From: Nitrospirota bacterium
GTDB taxonomy: Bacteria > Nitrospirota > Thermodesulfovibrionia > UBA6902
Direction: 5' to 3'
Assembly (NCBI GenBank): GCA_016222905.1
Contig: JACRPZ010000058.1
Location: 1 to 38,879, forward strand
Length of the DNA stretch: 38,879 nt
Shown one piece after another: positions 8,506 through 17,828 of the stretch. The notes under the pieces were generated by a model. The model had not been told where the DNA came from and made no database searches. It saw only the letters and a program-made list of their open reading frames with translations. Numbering within the stretch: position 1 is the first letter of the stretch; each line of letters opens with the position of its first letter. The position numbers and the translations under genes are program-made.

Positions 8506-8856
8506 CTATTTTTCAATGAGTCTTATTCCATTGCTCTCAATGGTAATAAGCCGTTTTTTGTAAAGGGCGCCTATAGCCTTTTTGAAAGTTTTCTTGCTTA
8601 CACCGAAATCGATCGTGTCATAGCCGGGTTTTTGGAGGCAGAGATCAATCTTGCCGTCATCCCGTACCTTTTTAATAAATCCCGTTATGCGTTGTCCTTT
8701 TCTTAATGGCTGAAACACCTCGTTCTTATAAAGCACGCCTATGCGGGAGTTGCTGATAATTGCCTTATATCCTATCTCGGTCGGGTCGCAGATCAACAAT
8801 TCCACACTTTGGCCTTCCTGAAATTCCTCCGGCTGTTTATCAGGGAACTTTTTCAT
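8506..8856 (-). CDS. Small S1-like / winged-helix nucleic-acid-binding protein (CvfB/YitL C-terminal-like), 116 aa
   Basis: The ORF has a C-terminal ...KKAIGALYKKRLITIESNGIRL winged-helix-like segment and an S1-like beta-rich middle. The assignment is by resemblance only. Confidence 0.45.
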   Translation of the reverse strand: MKKFPDKQPEEFQEGQSVELLICDPTEIGYKAIISNSRIGVLYKNEVFQPLRKGQRITGFIKKVRDDGKIDLCLQKPGYDTIDFGVSKKTFKKAIGALYKKRLITIESNGIRLIEK

Positions 8857-8919
8857 TTCGGGGATGCAATGATGCGGATAGTCCTGTCACTTGTTGATTA
8901 CGCAAGTGTTTCAAAATAA

Positions 8920-8995
<76 letters not shown>

Positions 8996-9107
8996 AAGTT
9001 GTATAATTTAACATGCCTTGCATCTTTATTTCCATACAAAGTTGCAGGTATCACGTAAAATTAAATTGGCTTGACAAAGAAGTTCTTGTTATTGATTATT
9101 ATAAGAC

Positions 9108-10445
9108 ATGATATGCGGCAGAACGTTTATGGATAAATGTATGTTTAAAAAGCAGACAAAAAAAATAATTGTATCAATCTTTCTTCTTTTGCTGTGCTGT
9201 ATTACATCAATAGAAGCAAAAACCTTTAAAGTTGCAAGCTACAATGTGGAAAATCTTTTTGATCTTACCGTGAAGGGAACGGAATACCCGGAGTATATCC
9301 CGAATACCGGCTACGGCTGGACCAAGGATATTGCAAATATTAAATACAATAATATTGCCGGAGCGATAAAAGACCTGGGAGCCGATGTCATCGCTTTGCA
9401 GGAAGTAGAGTCGAAAGAAGCTCTTACTTCTCTGCGTAACAGGCTGAATGACCTCGGTGCGGATTATCCTTATTTTGCAATTGCAGACTCCAGGGCCGCA
9501 CCGGTGAAGTGCGCTATTCTGTCTAAATTTCCAATTATTGATAGAGAAGAGATACAGGTTGATAATCCAATGGCGAGAAATATTCTCAAAGTAACTCTTG
9601 ATATCGCCGGTAACCGCATCATCCTCTTTATTAATCACTGGAAATCAAAAAACGGTCCTGAAAGTCTGAGGATAGCTTACGCCAAAACACTTAAGAGAGA
9701 GATTGACAAGTTAAAAGAGGATGCTGACTTTATCCTGATAGGAGATTTTAATTCTAACTACGATGAATATAAAACCTTTCGGGATTCCGACAAATTAGAT
9801 GATACCGTAGGCATTACAGGAATTAATCATATCTTAAGGACTGTCAAAGATTCTGAAATGGTCAATGAAAATCTACTGACAGAGCAGGCTAAGAATGAGT
9901 CTCTGTATAATTTATGGCTTGAAGTCCGTGAAACCGGACGCTGGTCTTACATCTTTTCCGGGAAAAAGGAGAGCCCGGATAGTATCATCGTATCCAAAGG
10001 ACTTTATGATAATAAGGGAATTTCTTACAGCGATAATTCGTTTGATAAGTTCCAGCCGGGCTACCTGTTCAAGGACGGAACCATCTATCGCTGGCAAATG
10101 ACCGAAAGAGGCAGGGGCAAACACATAGGCAAGGGGTATTCGGACCACCTGCCGATCTTCGCGTATTTTTCCACTGAGGCCTTCCGTATTAAAAAGAACA
10201 ATATTGTTTCCAGTGATACCGCTTCCAATGACTTAAGTCTTGAGAAAACCAAATCTCCGCAAGGCTTGCTTGACCTTAACACCGCCGGCAAAGAAGAGCT
10301 CATGTCCATCAATGGAATCGGTCCTGTTCTTTCAGGGAGGATCATAGCCGGACGCCCCTATAGAACAGTAGATGAATTACTCAAAGTGAAGGGAATCGGG
10401 CCAAAGAATCTTGAAAGATTCCGCCCTTATGTTATGGTCAGGTAA
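9108..10445 (+). CDS. Secreted endonuclease/exonuclease/phosphatase (EEP)-family nuclease with a C-terminal ComEA-like helix-hairpin-helix DNA-binding module, 445 aa
   Basis: A signal peptide (MFKKQTKKIIVSIFLLLLCC) suggests the likely true start is the ATG at 9141. An EEP-like N-terminal motif FKVASYNVENLFD and a late histidine GYSDHLP are present. The C-terminal LLDLNTAGKEELMSINGIGPVLSGRIIAGRPY...VKGIGPKNLE has the ComEA HhH pattern. Confidence 0.8.
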   Translation: MICGRTFMDKCMFKKQTKKIIVSIFLLLLCCITSIEAKTFKVASYNVENLFDLTVKGTEYPEYIPNTGYGWTKDIANIKYNNIAGAIKDLGADVIALQEVESKEALTSLRNRLNDLGADYPYFAIADSRAAPVKCAILSKFPIIDREEIQVDNPMARNILKVTLDIAGNRIILFINHWKSKNGPESLRIAYAKTLKREIDKLKEDADFILIGDFNSNYDEYKTFRDSDKLDDTVGITGINHILRTVKDSEMVNENLLTEQAKNESLYNLWLEVRETGRWSYIFSGKKESPDSIIVSKGLYDNKGISYSDNSFDKFQPGYLFKDGTIYRWQMTERGRGKHIGKGYSDHLPIFAYFSTEAFRIKKNNIVSSDTASNDLSLEKTKSPQGLLDLNTAGKEELMSINGIGPVLSGRIIAGRPYRTVDELLKVKGIGPKNLERFRPYVMVR

Positions 10446-10777
10446 ATCAGTCAGTCGCCATCATTTTAATGATAGCTGAAAAATCTACAGCGTTAGTATA
10501 AAATGTGTCTTAGCGAAGTGATCTGTAAAAGCAAAACACATGGCGCAGACCTCTTTCTCGAATACAACAGCGATGAACTGTGAAAGGTCAGATGATTAAC
10601 TTTCCATTCCTTCAACGATACTTGGCTGAAAAAATAATTCTTCAAAAAATGAACTACCCCGCCGCAAGCAGTAGGGGATCAAAAGAAAATGCCTTTACGA
10701 AAAAACAGAAAGACCTCGAAAACTGGACGTTAATCATTAGCGAATACTGGTAAACTTATGCAGGACGGAACACCACT

Positions 10778-12214
10778 ATGAAAACACTTAAAGACAGATT
10801 GTTCAGATCTTCCCTAAATAAAAAGCTGGTAGCGATGATGCTTTTTTTAAATCTCGCCCTTATTGCGATGCTTGTTTTTCTTTATTACCAGACTGAGAAA
10901 GGCATCTATAATGAGTTTGAGCGGCGGACATCCGAGATTTCAAAAGCAATACAGATCGGCCTTGAGCAGGCAACGAGCAGCGGTCTGATGGATGAGAAGC
11001 GTCTTAAAGGCTATCTCGATAAACTGAACACAAAAGGGGTGAAGGAGATATCGGTCATCAGCACCTCCGACAGGATTATCTCAAGCACAAACCAGAAGGA
11101 CATAGGGAAATGGATAACGAAGAGCAAAAAAGAGCTTATCTTTAAGGCTGAACTCGGCGAGCCTGTGACAGGGGAAGGCCAATCATACAATGTCATGATC
11201 CCGGTCGTGTCCGGAGATAAAAATATGGGATATATATCCCTTACTTTGAATACCGAGGATTTTTCTGTCTTTCTTAAGGCGAGCGCCATAAGGAGGATAG
11301 TCGCAGCCTCTATCGTATTTGCAATAGGGATACTATTGGCCATTTTCCTGGCAAGAAGATACACAACCCCTATAGAGGAGCTGGTTACAGCCGCGCAAAA
11401 AGTTGCTATGGGAGACCTTAATCAGGAGCTGCATTCAAACAGGAAAGACGAGATCGGCGAACTCTCCCGAAGCTTTAACTATATGGTGGAGAAGTTGCGG
11501 GAAGAACGCAAGCTTATGGAGAAGCTGAGAAAGGCGGAGCATCTTGCTGCAGTAGGACAGTTTGCGAGGAATATCGCGCACGAGATCAAAAATCCTCTGA
11601 ATTTTATCAACCTCTCCATTGATCATATGAGAGAGGCTGCAAGGCCGGACAATACGGAAAGCGCGGAAAAGTTTGAGTCCCTGATCCTGAATATGAAGAG
11701 CGAGATACAGCGTGTAAGCAGGTTCGCCGAAAGTTTTCTTGAATACGGAAGGCCTTTTGAACTGAACCTGAGAAGAACAGGAATAGGAGAGGTTCTTTCC
11801 GAGATAATTGAGCTTGTAGAGGTAAAGGCGATTCAGTCAAAAATACTAATAAAGAAGGAGTACAAAATCCTGCCGGAACTTTTGATTGACCCGGATTTTA
11901 CAAAGACCTGCATATATAACATAATCATTAATGCCTTTGAGGCGATGCCCAATGGGGGCGTCATTACAATCAATACCAGCAAATCAGACTCGAAATTCCA
12001 TCTCTCGGTGGAGGATACTGGGATCGGCATCCCGCAGGATAAACTTTCAAAGATATTTGAACCCTTCTTCACTACAAAGAGCAAGGGACTGGGGCTGGGG
12101 CTTGCATTCACAAAAAGGATAATTGAAGACCATAACGGTAAGGTAACGTTTGAAAGCATAGAGGGCAAGGGGAGCAAAATAACCATAATTCTGCCTATGG
12201 AGAAGGAGAGCTGA
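10778..12214 (+). CDS. Membrane sensor histidine kinase (two TM segments, periplasmic domain, HAMP, HisKA, HATPase_c), 478 aa
   Basis: The H-box is NIAHEIKNPLNFI. The N box is NIIINAFEAM. The G boxes are DTGIGIP and GLGLGL. Confidence 0.85.
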   Translation: MKTLKDRLFRSSLNKKLVAMMLFLNLALIAMLVFLYYQTEKGIYNEFERRTSEISKAIQIGLEQATSSGLMDEKRLKGYLDKLNTKGVKEISVISTSDRIISSTNQKDIGKWITKSKKELIFKAELGEPVTGEGQSYNVMIPVVSGDKNMGYISLTLNTEDFSVFLKASAIRRIVAASIVFAIGILLAIFLARRYTTPIEELVTAAQKVAMGDLNQELHSNRKDEIGELSRSFNYMVEKLREERKLMEKLRKAEHLAAVGQFARNIAHEIKNPLNFINLSIDHMREAARPDNTESAEKFESLILNMKSEIQRVSRFAESFLEYGRPFELNLRRTGIGEVLSEIIELVEVKAIQSKILIKKEYKILPELLIDPDFTKTCIYNIIINAFEAMPNGGVITINTSKSDSKFHLSVEDTGIGIPQDKLSKIFEPFFTTKSKGLGLGLAFTKRIIEDHNGKVTFESIEGKGSKITIILPMEKES

Positions 12215-12215
12215 T

Positions 12216-13577
12216 ATGCCTGTTGTTCTTGTCGTAGATGATGAGCCGCTTCAAAGGGATATTATGAAGACGATCCTTACCGCCGAAGGATACGAAACCC
12301 TTACGGCTTCTTCAGGACAGGAGGCGCTAGGTATTATCAAGAAATTTCATCCGGATGTTATCCTTACAGACCTCAGAATGGAGGGAATGGACGGTATAGA
12401 GTTAATGCAATCTGTTCCCAAACTGCCGTTTGAGCCCTCGATAATTATCATTACCGCGCACGGCACCATATCATCGGCTGTTGAGGCGGTAAGAAAAGGG
12501 GCGTTTGATTATCTCACCAAACCGCTTGATAAAGATACCATCCTTCTTACCTTGAGAAGAGCAATTGAACACGTCAGACTCCTAAAGGAGAATGTCAGGC
12601 TGCGGAGTGAGCTCTTTGAGAAATTTAAAATCGAGGGCATAGTCGGAAAGTCCGCCATGATGCAGAAGGCGATGGAGATCATCAGAAAGGTCTCATCATC
12701 ATCGGTAACAGTCCTTATCAGAGGAGAGAGCGGAACAGGCAAGGAGCTCATCGCAAGGGCGATCCACTATAACAGTCCGAGAAGCACAAAGCCGTTTACC
12801 GCGCTAAACTGCGCGGCAATCCCGGAGAATCTTTTTGAGAGCGAGCTCTTTGGATATGAAGCCGGTGCATTTACAGGCGCTGTCGGAAGAAAGGAAGGCC
12901 TCTTTGAGATGGCAAACGGAGGAACGCTGTTTCTCGATGAGATAGGCGACCTTCCCCTTGTGACCCAGTCAAAACTACTCAGGGTGCTTCAGGACAAGGA
13001 GATACGGAGAATAGGCGGCAAAGAGACTAAGAAAATTGACGTAAGGATAATAACCGCAACTAACAAGGATATGGAGAAAGAGATTGCAGACGGCAGATTC
13101 AGGGAAGACATATATTACAGGCTTAAAGTGGTAACAATTTTCCTTCCGCCTCTCAGAGAAAGGCTTGAGGATATTCCCGACCTCGTTGATTTATTTATCA
13201 AGAAATACAATCAGGCATTCGGCAGAAGGATAAAATCCATAGAGCCCGCTGCCATGAAGGCGCTTGCCGGATACAACTGGCCCGGCAATATAAGGCAGAT
13301 AGAATCCGTTATCGAGAGGGCCGTTCTTATGAATGAGACAGGGGTCATAAATTCAAAAGATATACACGGCGAGCTTGAGCTCTTTCAGTTAAGCGGCAGG
13401 CCGTTTGTTCTTGACCTGCCTCCTGAAGGAGTGGATCTGGAGAAGATAGAAGAGGATCTTATCAATAAAGCGATGGAAAGATCCGGCGGAGTAGCTACAA
13501 AAGCCGCCAAACTTCTCGGCATGAACTATAAAGCGTTTTTATATAGGCTGGATAAGAGCAAAAAGGTCTCAGAGTGA
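12216..13577 (+). CDS. Sigma-54-dependent response regulator (NtrC/AtoC family: REC + AAA+ sigma54-activation + Fis-type HTH), 453 aa
   Basis: The REC domain is VLVVDDEP...DLRMEGMDG. The Walker A is GESGTGKE. The GAFTGA motif and [15 protein letters not shown] are present. The C-terminal HTH is [19 protein letters not shown]. The gene starts 2 nt after the kinase stop. Confidence 0.9.
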   Translation: MPVVLVVDDEPLQRDIMKTILTAEGYETLTASSGQEALGIIKKFHPDVILTDLRMEGMDGIELMQSVPKLPFEPSIIIITAHGTISSAVEAVRKGAFDYLTKPLDKDTILLTLRRAIEHVRLLKENVRLRSELFEKFKIEGIVGKSAMMQKAMEIIRKVSSSSVTVLIRGESGTGKELIARAIHYNSPRSTKPFTALNCAAIPENLFESELFGYEAGAFTGAVGRKEGLFEMANGGTLFLDEIGDLPLVTQSKLLRVLQDKEIRRIGGKETKKIDVRIITATNKDMEKEIADGRFREDIYYRLKVVTIFLPPLRERLEDIPDLVDLFIKKYNQAFGRRIKSIEPAAMKALAGYNWPGNIRQIESVIERAVLMNETGVINSKDIHGELELFQLSGRPFVLDLPPEGVDLEKIEEDLINKAMERSGGVATKAAKLLGMNYKAFLYRLDKSKKVSE

Positions 13578-13602
13578 AGAAGATAATAAAACCGGCCAAT
13601 AA

Positions 13603-13689
13603 TGGTGCCGAAGGCGGGATTCGAACCCGCACAGGATTGCTCCCACTAGACCCTGAACCTAGCGCGTCTGCCAGTTCCGCCACTTCGGC
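13603..13689 (-). tRNA. tRNA-Leu (anticodon CAG), long variable arm, CCA encoded
   Basis: The reverse complement reads GCCGAAGUGGCGGAACUGGCAGACGCGCUAGGUUCAGGGUCUAGUGGGAGCAAUCCUGUGCGGGUUCGAAUCCCGCCUUCGGCACCA. It is 87 nt with anticodon loop UUCAGGG and closely parallels E. coli tRNA-Leu(CAG). Confidence 0.85.
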
Positions 13690-13738
13690 ATTGATTTCAT
13701 AATATCCGCAGAGTACAAAATTTACAAAGAAGAAACTA

Positions 13739-14173
13739 TCACTCCCTGACTGAAGGCACGTGAAAAATATTATCACCGTCAATCTGGATCAGCTTCATCG
13801 AATCTTTATTAAAGACAAGGGCGCTTACACCTCTATCTTTAAGCGTTCTGCCGTTAACAGTCCACTCGCCCTGCCAGTTCACATGCACTAAAACACTTGA
13901 GTCCTTTATCTTTATCATGCGCGGGGTGAATTTAAGGTCTGCTTTATCAAAAGAGAGCTCATTTGTTACCGCGGCTGAAAGAGCAGGCTCAAGCTTTTCC
14001 CGCAGGACGCCTTCATCTTTTTTCAGATATGCGTCCTTGATAAGATCAACCGCGCTCAGGGCATTTTGAGCTGTTACGGAATCAGCGGATTGCTTTACTT
14101 TATCCTTGCCCGCGCAGCCGGCAGCTATCAAGAGAAAAACTATAAGTAAAGCGTAAATTTTTTTAACAGTCAT
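13739..14173 (-). CDS. Hypothetical lipoprotein (lipobox LLIAAGC), about 144 aa from the ATG at 14173
   Basis: A GAGGAG RBS lies upstream of the internal Met. The sequence MTVKKIYALLIVFLLIAAGCAGKD is a classic lipoprotein signal. The longer ORF to 14254 would overlap the upstream gene. Confidence 0.5.
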   Translation of the reverse strand: MTVKKIYALLIVFLLIAAGCAGKDKVKQSADSVTAQNALSAVDLIKDAYLKKDEGVLREKLEPALSAAVTNELSFDKADLKFTPRMIKIKDSSVLVHVNWQGEWTVNGRTLKDRGVSALVFNKDSMKLIQIDGDNIFHVPSVRE

Positions 14174-14241
14174 TTCCCTCTTAATCTCCTCATCCGCGTT
14201 TAGTCTTGAAGTAGTGATTTTACATCTTTGGTTATACTTTT

Positions 14242-16368
14242 TCAATCGCCCCACTCCTTATCAAAGACAGCCCCGTCCATATGCGTCATGATATTGTCGT
14301 AATCCTTCTTCAGTCTTTCATACATGGTCGCATTCTCTATCGCCATACCGCACTGACCTGCAAGCGACGCGACAAAGTCTATCTCCTGCTGTGAAAAGTG
14401 TCTATGTTTATCAGTAAGAAGCCTCAGCACACCGAGCACCTTGCCTCTCGCAACCACAGGCAGTGTAAGCATGCTCTTTAAGCCTTCTTCCGCTGCTTCT
14501 TTCTGATACTGAATCCTGCTGTCGGTTGTTACATCATATATGGCAACAGGATTTTCTTTCAACGCCTCGATTATATTCTTTTCAGTGTCAACAGGCCCCT
14601 TATTCAGATATTTCTCACTCAGGCCGTATGATGCCGCAAGTTTAAGCTTTGTGCCGGTGCTGTCCAGCAAGCGGACAGTGGCTGCCTTTAAGTTCATAAC
14701 TTCAGGTATCTTCCTCACGATCATATCAAGCACTTCATGCACATTAAGCGTGGAGCTGACCGCCTTTGTTATCTCCTTGAAGACCCTAAGGTATTCCTTC
14801 TCATCAGATACCGCCTTCTCAAAATCCCTTGCATTTACTATAGCTGTCGCAGCCTGCTCTGCTATCGCTGATATGAATTTAAGGTCCTCATCCGTATAGT
14901 CAACCGGCTCGGTTGTGTATATCCTAAGTACGCCTATCACATCGCCCCTGAAGCGTATAGGTATGGAGAGGATGCTCCTGATGCCTTCCTCCAGAGCCTC
15001 CTTGTAATATCTTGAATCCTTATGCTCTGCAATGTCATACACTGACACGGATTTGCCTGCAAGCGCATCATCAATGCTCGCGTCATAGTCAACAGGGCCT
15101 TTATTTGCGTACTTCTCGCTCAGACCGTAATATGTTGCAAGCTCAAGCTGGTTAGTTTCCTTGTTAAGAAGCCTGAGAGAACTCGCCTTAAGACCCATAA
15201 CCTCAGGTATCTTCCTCACTATCATATCAAGCACTTCAAGCACATTAAGGGTAGAGCTGACCGCCTTTGTTATCTCTTTGAAGACCCTCAGATACTCCTT
15301 CTCGGCAGATACCGCCTTCTCAAAATCCCTTGCGTTCACTATAGCTATCGCAGCCTGCTCTGCTATAGCTGATATGAATTTAAGGTCCTCATCCGTATAA
15401 TTCACAGGCTCGGTTGTATACATCCTAAGAACGCCTATCACATCGTCTCTGAAACGCATAGGTATGGAGAGGATGCTCCTGATGCCTTCCTCCTGCGCCT
15501 CCCTGTAGTACTTTGAATCCTTATGCTCTGTAATGTCATACACTGACACGGACTTACCCGCAAGCGCGTCATCAATGCTTGCGTCATAGTTAACAGGGCC
15601 TTTATTTGCGTACTTCTCGCTCAGTCCATGATATGCCGCGAGCTCAAGCTGCTGCGTCTTCTTGTTCAGGAGCCTGAGGAGGCTCGCCTTGACATTCATG
15701 ACCTTAACAACATTTGCCACAATCAGCTTCAATACCTCATCAACGGAGACGCTGGAGCTTATGGCTTTGCAGATATTCTGATAACTCTCCAGATATATCT
15801 TCTTCTCGAATATCTTCTCAGCACATAACGGGCATATGCCGTGAGTAAAAACACCAAAACCCTCATCTGTAAAATATGTCTCGATATCATACCAGTGATC
15901 ATCGCCTTTTCTTATCTTTTTGCACCACCCGCATATCGGGACAAGGCTCTCTTTCCTGTCAGTCTTTAATTGCTTTGCAATATCTTTAATTGTATCCGTA
16001 ATCTCTCTGAATGCTGCCACAACTCCTGTGACTTTGCCTTTTTCATATAACGGAGATGCCTTCTCTTCAACATGGATCAGCCCCTTATCTTTTGTCTTTA
16101 AGAAAAAATTTTTCCTTACGGGCGTATTTATCTGAAAACAGAGGGCAACGGGATACTCAAACTGCTGCAATACGTTTCCCCTTCCATCTTCAAGCCTTAT
16201 AACGCTGTCATTAAATGGCTTTCCCGTAACTTCATCGGCAGTAAAACCCGTCAATATTTCAGCGCCTCTGTTCCAAAAGCTTATCTTTCTGTCCGGATCA
16301 ACCAGATACACTCCGTCCGGCATATTATCCAGAATCCGGCGATAGGACTTCCTTTCCCATGTAATCAT
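14242..16368 (-). CDS. PAS – CxxC...CxxC zinc-ribbon – three tandem GAF domains, no output domain, 708 aa
   Basis: The N-terminal PAS is ILDNMPDGVYLVDPDRKISFWNRGAEILTGF. The cysteine motif is ICGWCKK...(28 aa)...CPLC. Three GAF units of about 167 aa follow. GAF1 and GAF2 are near-identical at the protein and DNA level. Confidence 0.8.
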   Translation of the reverse strand: MITWERKSYRRILDNMPDGVYLVDPDRKISFWNRGAEILTGFTADEVTGKPFNDSVIRLEDGRGNVLQQFEYPVALCFQINTPVRKNFFLKTKDKGLIHVEEKASPLYEKGKVTGVVAAFREITDTIKDIAKQLKTDRKESLVPICGWCKKIRKGDDHWYDIETYFTDEGFGVFTHGICPLCAEKIFEKKIYLESYQNICKAISSSVSVDEVLKLIVANVVKVMNVKASLLRLLNKKTQQLELAAYHGLSEKYANKGPVNYDASIDDALAGKSVSVYDITEHKDSKYYREAQEEGIRSILSIPMRFRDDVIGVLRMYTTEPVNYTDEDLKFISAIAEQAAIAIVNARDFEKAVSAEKEYLRVFKEITKAVSSTLNVLEVLDMIVRKIPEVMGLKASSLRLLNKETNQLELATYYGLSEKYANKGPVDYDASIDDALAGKSVSVYDIAEHKDSRYYKEALEEGIRSILSIPIRFRGDVIGVLRIYTTEPVDYTDEDLKFISAIAEQAATAIVNARDFEKAVSDEKEYLRVFKEITKAVSSTLNVHEVLDMIVRKIPEVMNLKAATVRLLDSTGTKLKLAASYGLSEKYLNKGPVDTEKNIIEALKENPVAIYDVTTDSRIQYQKEAAEEGLKSMLTLPVVARGKVLGVLRLLTDKHRHFSQQEIDFVASLAGQCGMAIENATMYERLKKDYDNIMTHMDGAVFDKEWGD
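14700..15700. repeat. Tandem direct DNA repeat with period about 501 bp (two near-identical copies plus a diverged third) encoding the GAF domains
   Basis: The string ttcaggtatcttcctcac occurs at 14701 and again at 15202. Long blocks such as gctgaccgcctttgttatctc...aatcccttgc...gctgatatgaatttaaggtcctcatccgtata recur with few substitutions. Plus-strand ORFs 14540-14899 and 15161-15400 translate nearly identically as a side effect. Confidence 0.8.
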
Positions 16369-16424
16369 ATTAAACAGTAGTCTCCCGGTTCTTCAGATGT
16401 GATTGTTAATTTTGAGGAAAATTA

Positions 16425-17828
16425 TTATGTCGCAGCATATACAACATTTCGTGTTGAGAACTTCCCGCGGTACATGGCTTTGTCGGCAATCCTGAGCAGT
16501 TCTTCTTTCCGTTTTGTGTTTTGAGGACATGAGGCAACCCCAAAACTCGCTGTTAATCTGATGGATTGTCCGTCCTGCTTTAAAAAGACTTTCTGCTCGA
16601 TCGCCTTCCTGAGTCTTTCAGCCACAAGAAAGCCTCCCTTGAGAGGAGTCTGGGGCAGGATTACCACAAACTCGTCTCCTCCGTATCTGGCAACAGTATC
16701 AACACCCCTTAGTTTATCGAGCATAAGCTGTGCAGTCTCAATTAACACTTTGCTTCCGACAAGGTGTCCAAAGCGGTCATTTATTCTCTTGAAATAGTCA
16801 ATATCCATAAATATAAGTGAGAATGAAGTGCCGTATCTCTGCGACCTCTCTATCTCTCTGTCTATTGCGCGGTTCAGATAACGTATATTAAAGAGTTTGG
16901 TAAGCTCATCAGTAATCGTAAGGTCCTCCATTTTTTTGTACAGCAATGTCTTTTCAATAGCCATGTCAGCATAACCGACAAGCTTCATGAGGAGTTCCAT
17001 GTCTTTATCAGTAAAAACTTTTTCTTTGCCCTTTGCATAAAATTCAAAAACACCGACAACTTTTTTTTCAACCTTTACAGGCACGCACATTATAGACGCC
17101 GGCCTAAGATTGGGGAGCGCGTCTATCTTTTTATTAAAACGTTTATCTTTTAAAACATCCTGGACTATTACAGGAATGCCGTTCTGCGCTACCCATCCGG
17201 CTATGCCTTCCCTCTCACTGCCCCTGAATGTATATATTTTCTTGGATTTCTTCTTCAGCATGTCGCCAAAAACAATCTCATCGCTCACTCCTTCAACGAG
17301 AAGAATTGCCCATGCGTCAGCGCCTGTTAAAGCCTTTGCCCTCTCCATTATCAGGATCAGTATCTTCTCTATTTCAAAAGTGGAACCGAGGATCCCTGTA
17401 ATCTCCTCAAAGAATTTCAATTCTTTTTTTCTGTTCAGTATCTCGGACTGCAGATCTCTCTTGCAGTCTGAAACGGTCTTGTCTCTAAAAAGTTTTTCCG
17501 CCCAATATTTAAATTCTCTGTAGGAGACCAGCTCATTAATAGGTATTGCCAGCCTGTCTTTAAGCCATGCGCCCATGTCTTTAAAGCCTTTTTCCGTCAA
17601 GACGATCTTTGGGATACCGTCCGAGGCATCCTTGAACTTCTTAAAGAGAGCAGTCCCTGTTGAAAAGGTTTTATTAATTACGATCAGTCCGATATCTCCA
17701 TCATTAAGACGGGATAATGCCTGATGAAGGTCTTGTTTGATTACAAGTGTGTATCCGCCTTTTTTCAGAATAGCCCTGAAATCACGGATCGAGGAACCGC
17801 CTTTGTCTATCAGCAGTATCTTATTCAT
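16425..17828 (-). CDS. Degenerate receiver (REC-like) – GAF – GGDEF diguanylate cyclase, about 467 aa from the ATG at 17828
   Basis: The GGDEF motif RYGGDEFVV and the upstream RxxD-like region are present. GAF sits in the middle. The N-terminal KILLIDKGG...IGLIVIN lacks the usual acidic pocket and phospho-acceptor Asp. The start at 17828 (MNKILLID) overlaps the secA stop by only 8 nt, whereas the longer ORF would overlap by 62 nt. Confidence 0.85.
   Translation of the reverse strand: MNKILLIDKGGSSIRDFRAILKKGGYTLVIKQDLHQALSRLNDGDIGLIVINKTFSTGTALFKKFKDASDGIPKIVLTEKGFKDMGAWLKDRLAIPINELVSYREFKYWAEKLFRDKTVSDCKRDLQSEILNRKKELKFFEEITGILGSTFEIEKILILIMERAKALTGADAWAILLVEGVSDEIVFGDMLKKKSKKIYTFRGSEREGIAGWVAQNGIPVIVQDVLKDKRFNKKIDALPNLRPASIMCVPVKVEKKVVGVFEFYAKGKEKVFTDKDMELLMKLVGYADMAIEKTLLYKKMEDLTITDELTKLFNIRYLNRAIDREIERSQRYGTSFSLIFMDIDYFKRINDRFGHLVGSKVLIETAQLMLDKLRGVDTVARYGGDEFVVILPQTPLKGGFLVAERLRKAIEQKVFLKQDGQSIRLTASFGVASCPQNTKRKEELLRIADKAMYRGKFSTRNVVYAAT

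Noticed and set aside
9108-9140. Start of the nuclease at the first ATG of the ORF
   Set aside because: The signal peptide begins at the third Met (ATG 9141, MFKKQTKK...). The upstream Met codons add 11 residues before it with no RBS advantage. The feature is kept at the ORF boundary, with the likely start noted.
10640-10690. Possible hairpin taccccgccgcaagcagtagggga
   Set aside because: Only a 4-bp cccc/gggg stem pairs properly. It is too weak to call a terminator or regulatory structure.
10592-10753. 53-codon plus-strand ORF in the 330-bp gap before the histidine-kinase gene
   Set aside because: It has only a weak RBS (aaagg) and an unremarkable sequence. It could equally be promoter or leader DNA for the two-component operon. 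There is not enough support to call it.
13495-13782. 95-aa minus-strand ORF
   Set aside because: It runs straight through the tRNA-Leu gene (13603-13689) and the end of the response-regulator gene. It is spurious.
14540-15400. Two plus-strand ORFs (119 and 79 aa) with near-identical translations
   Set aside because: They are antisense to the GAF repeats. Their similarity is a by-product of the about 501-bp tandem DNA duplication, not evidence of genes.
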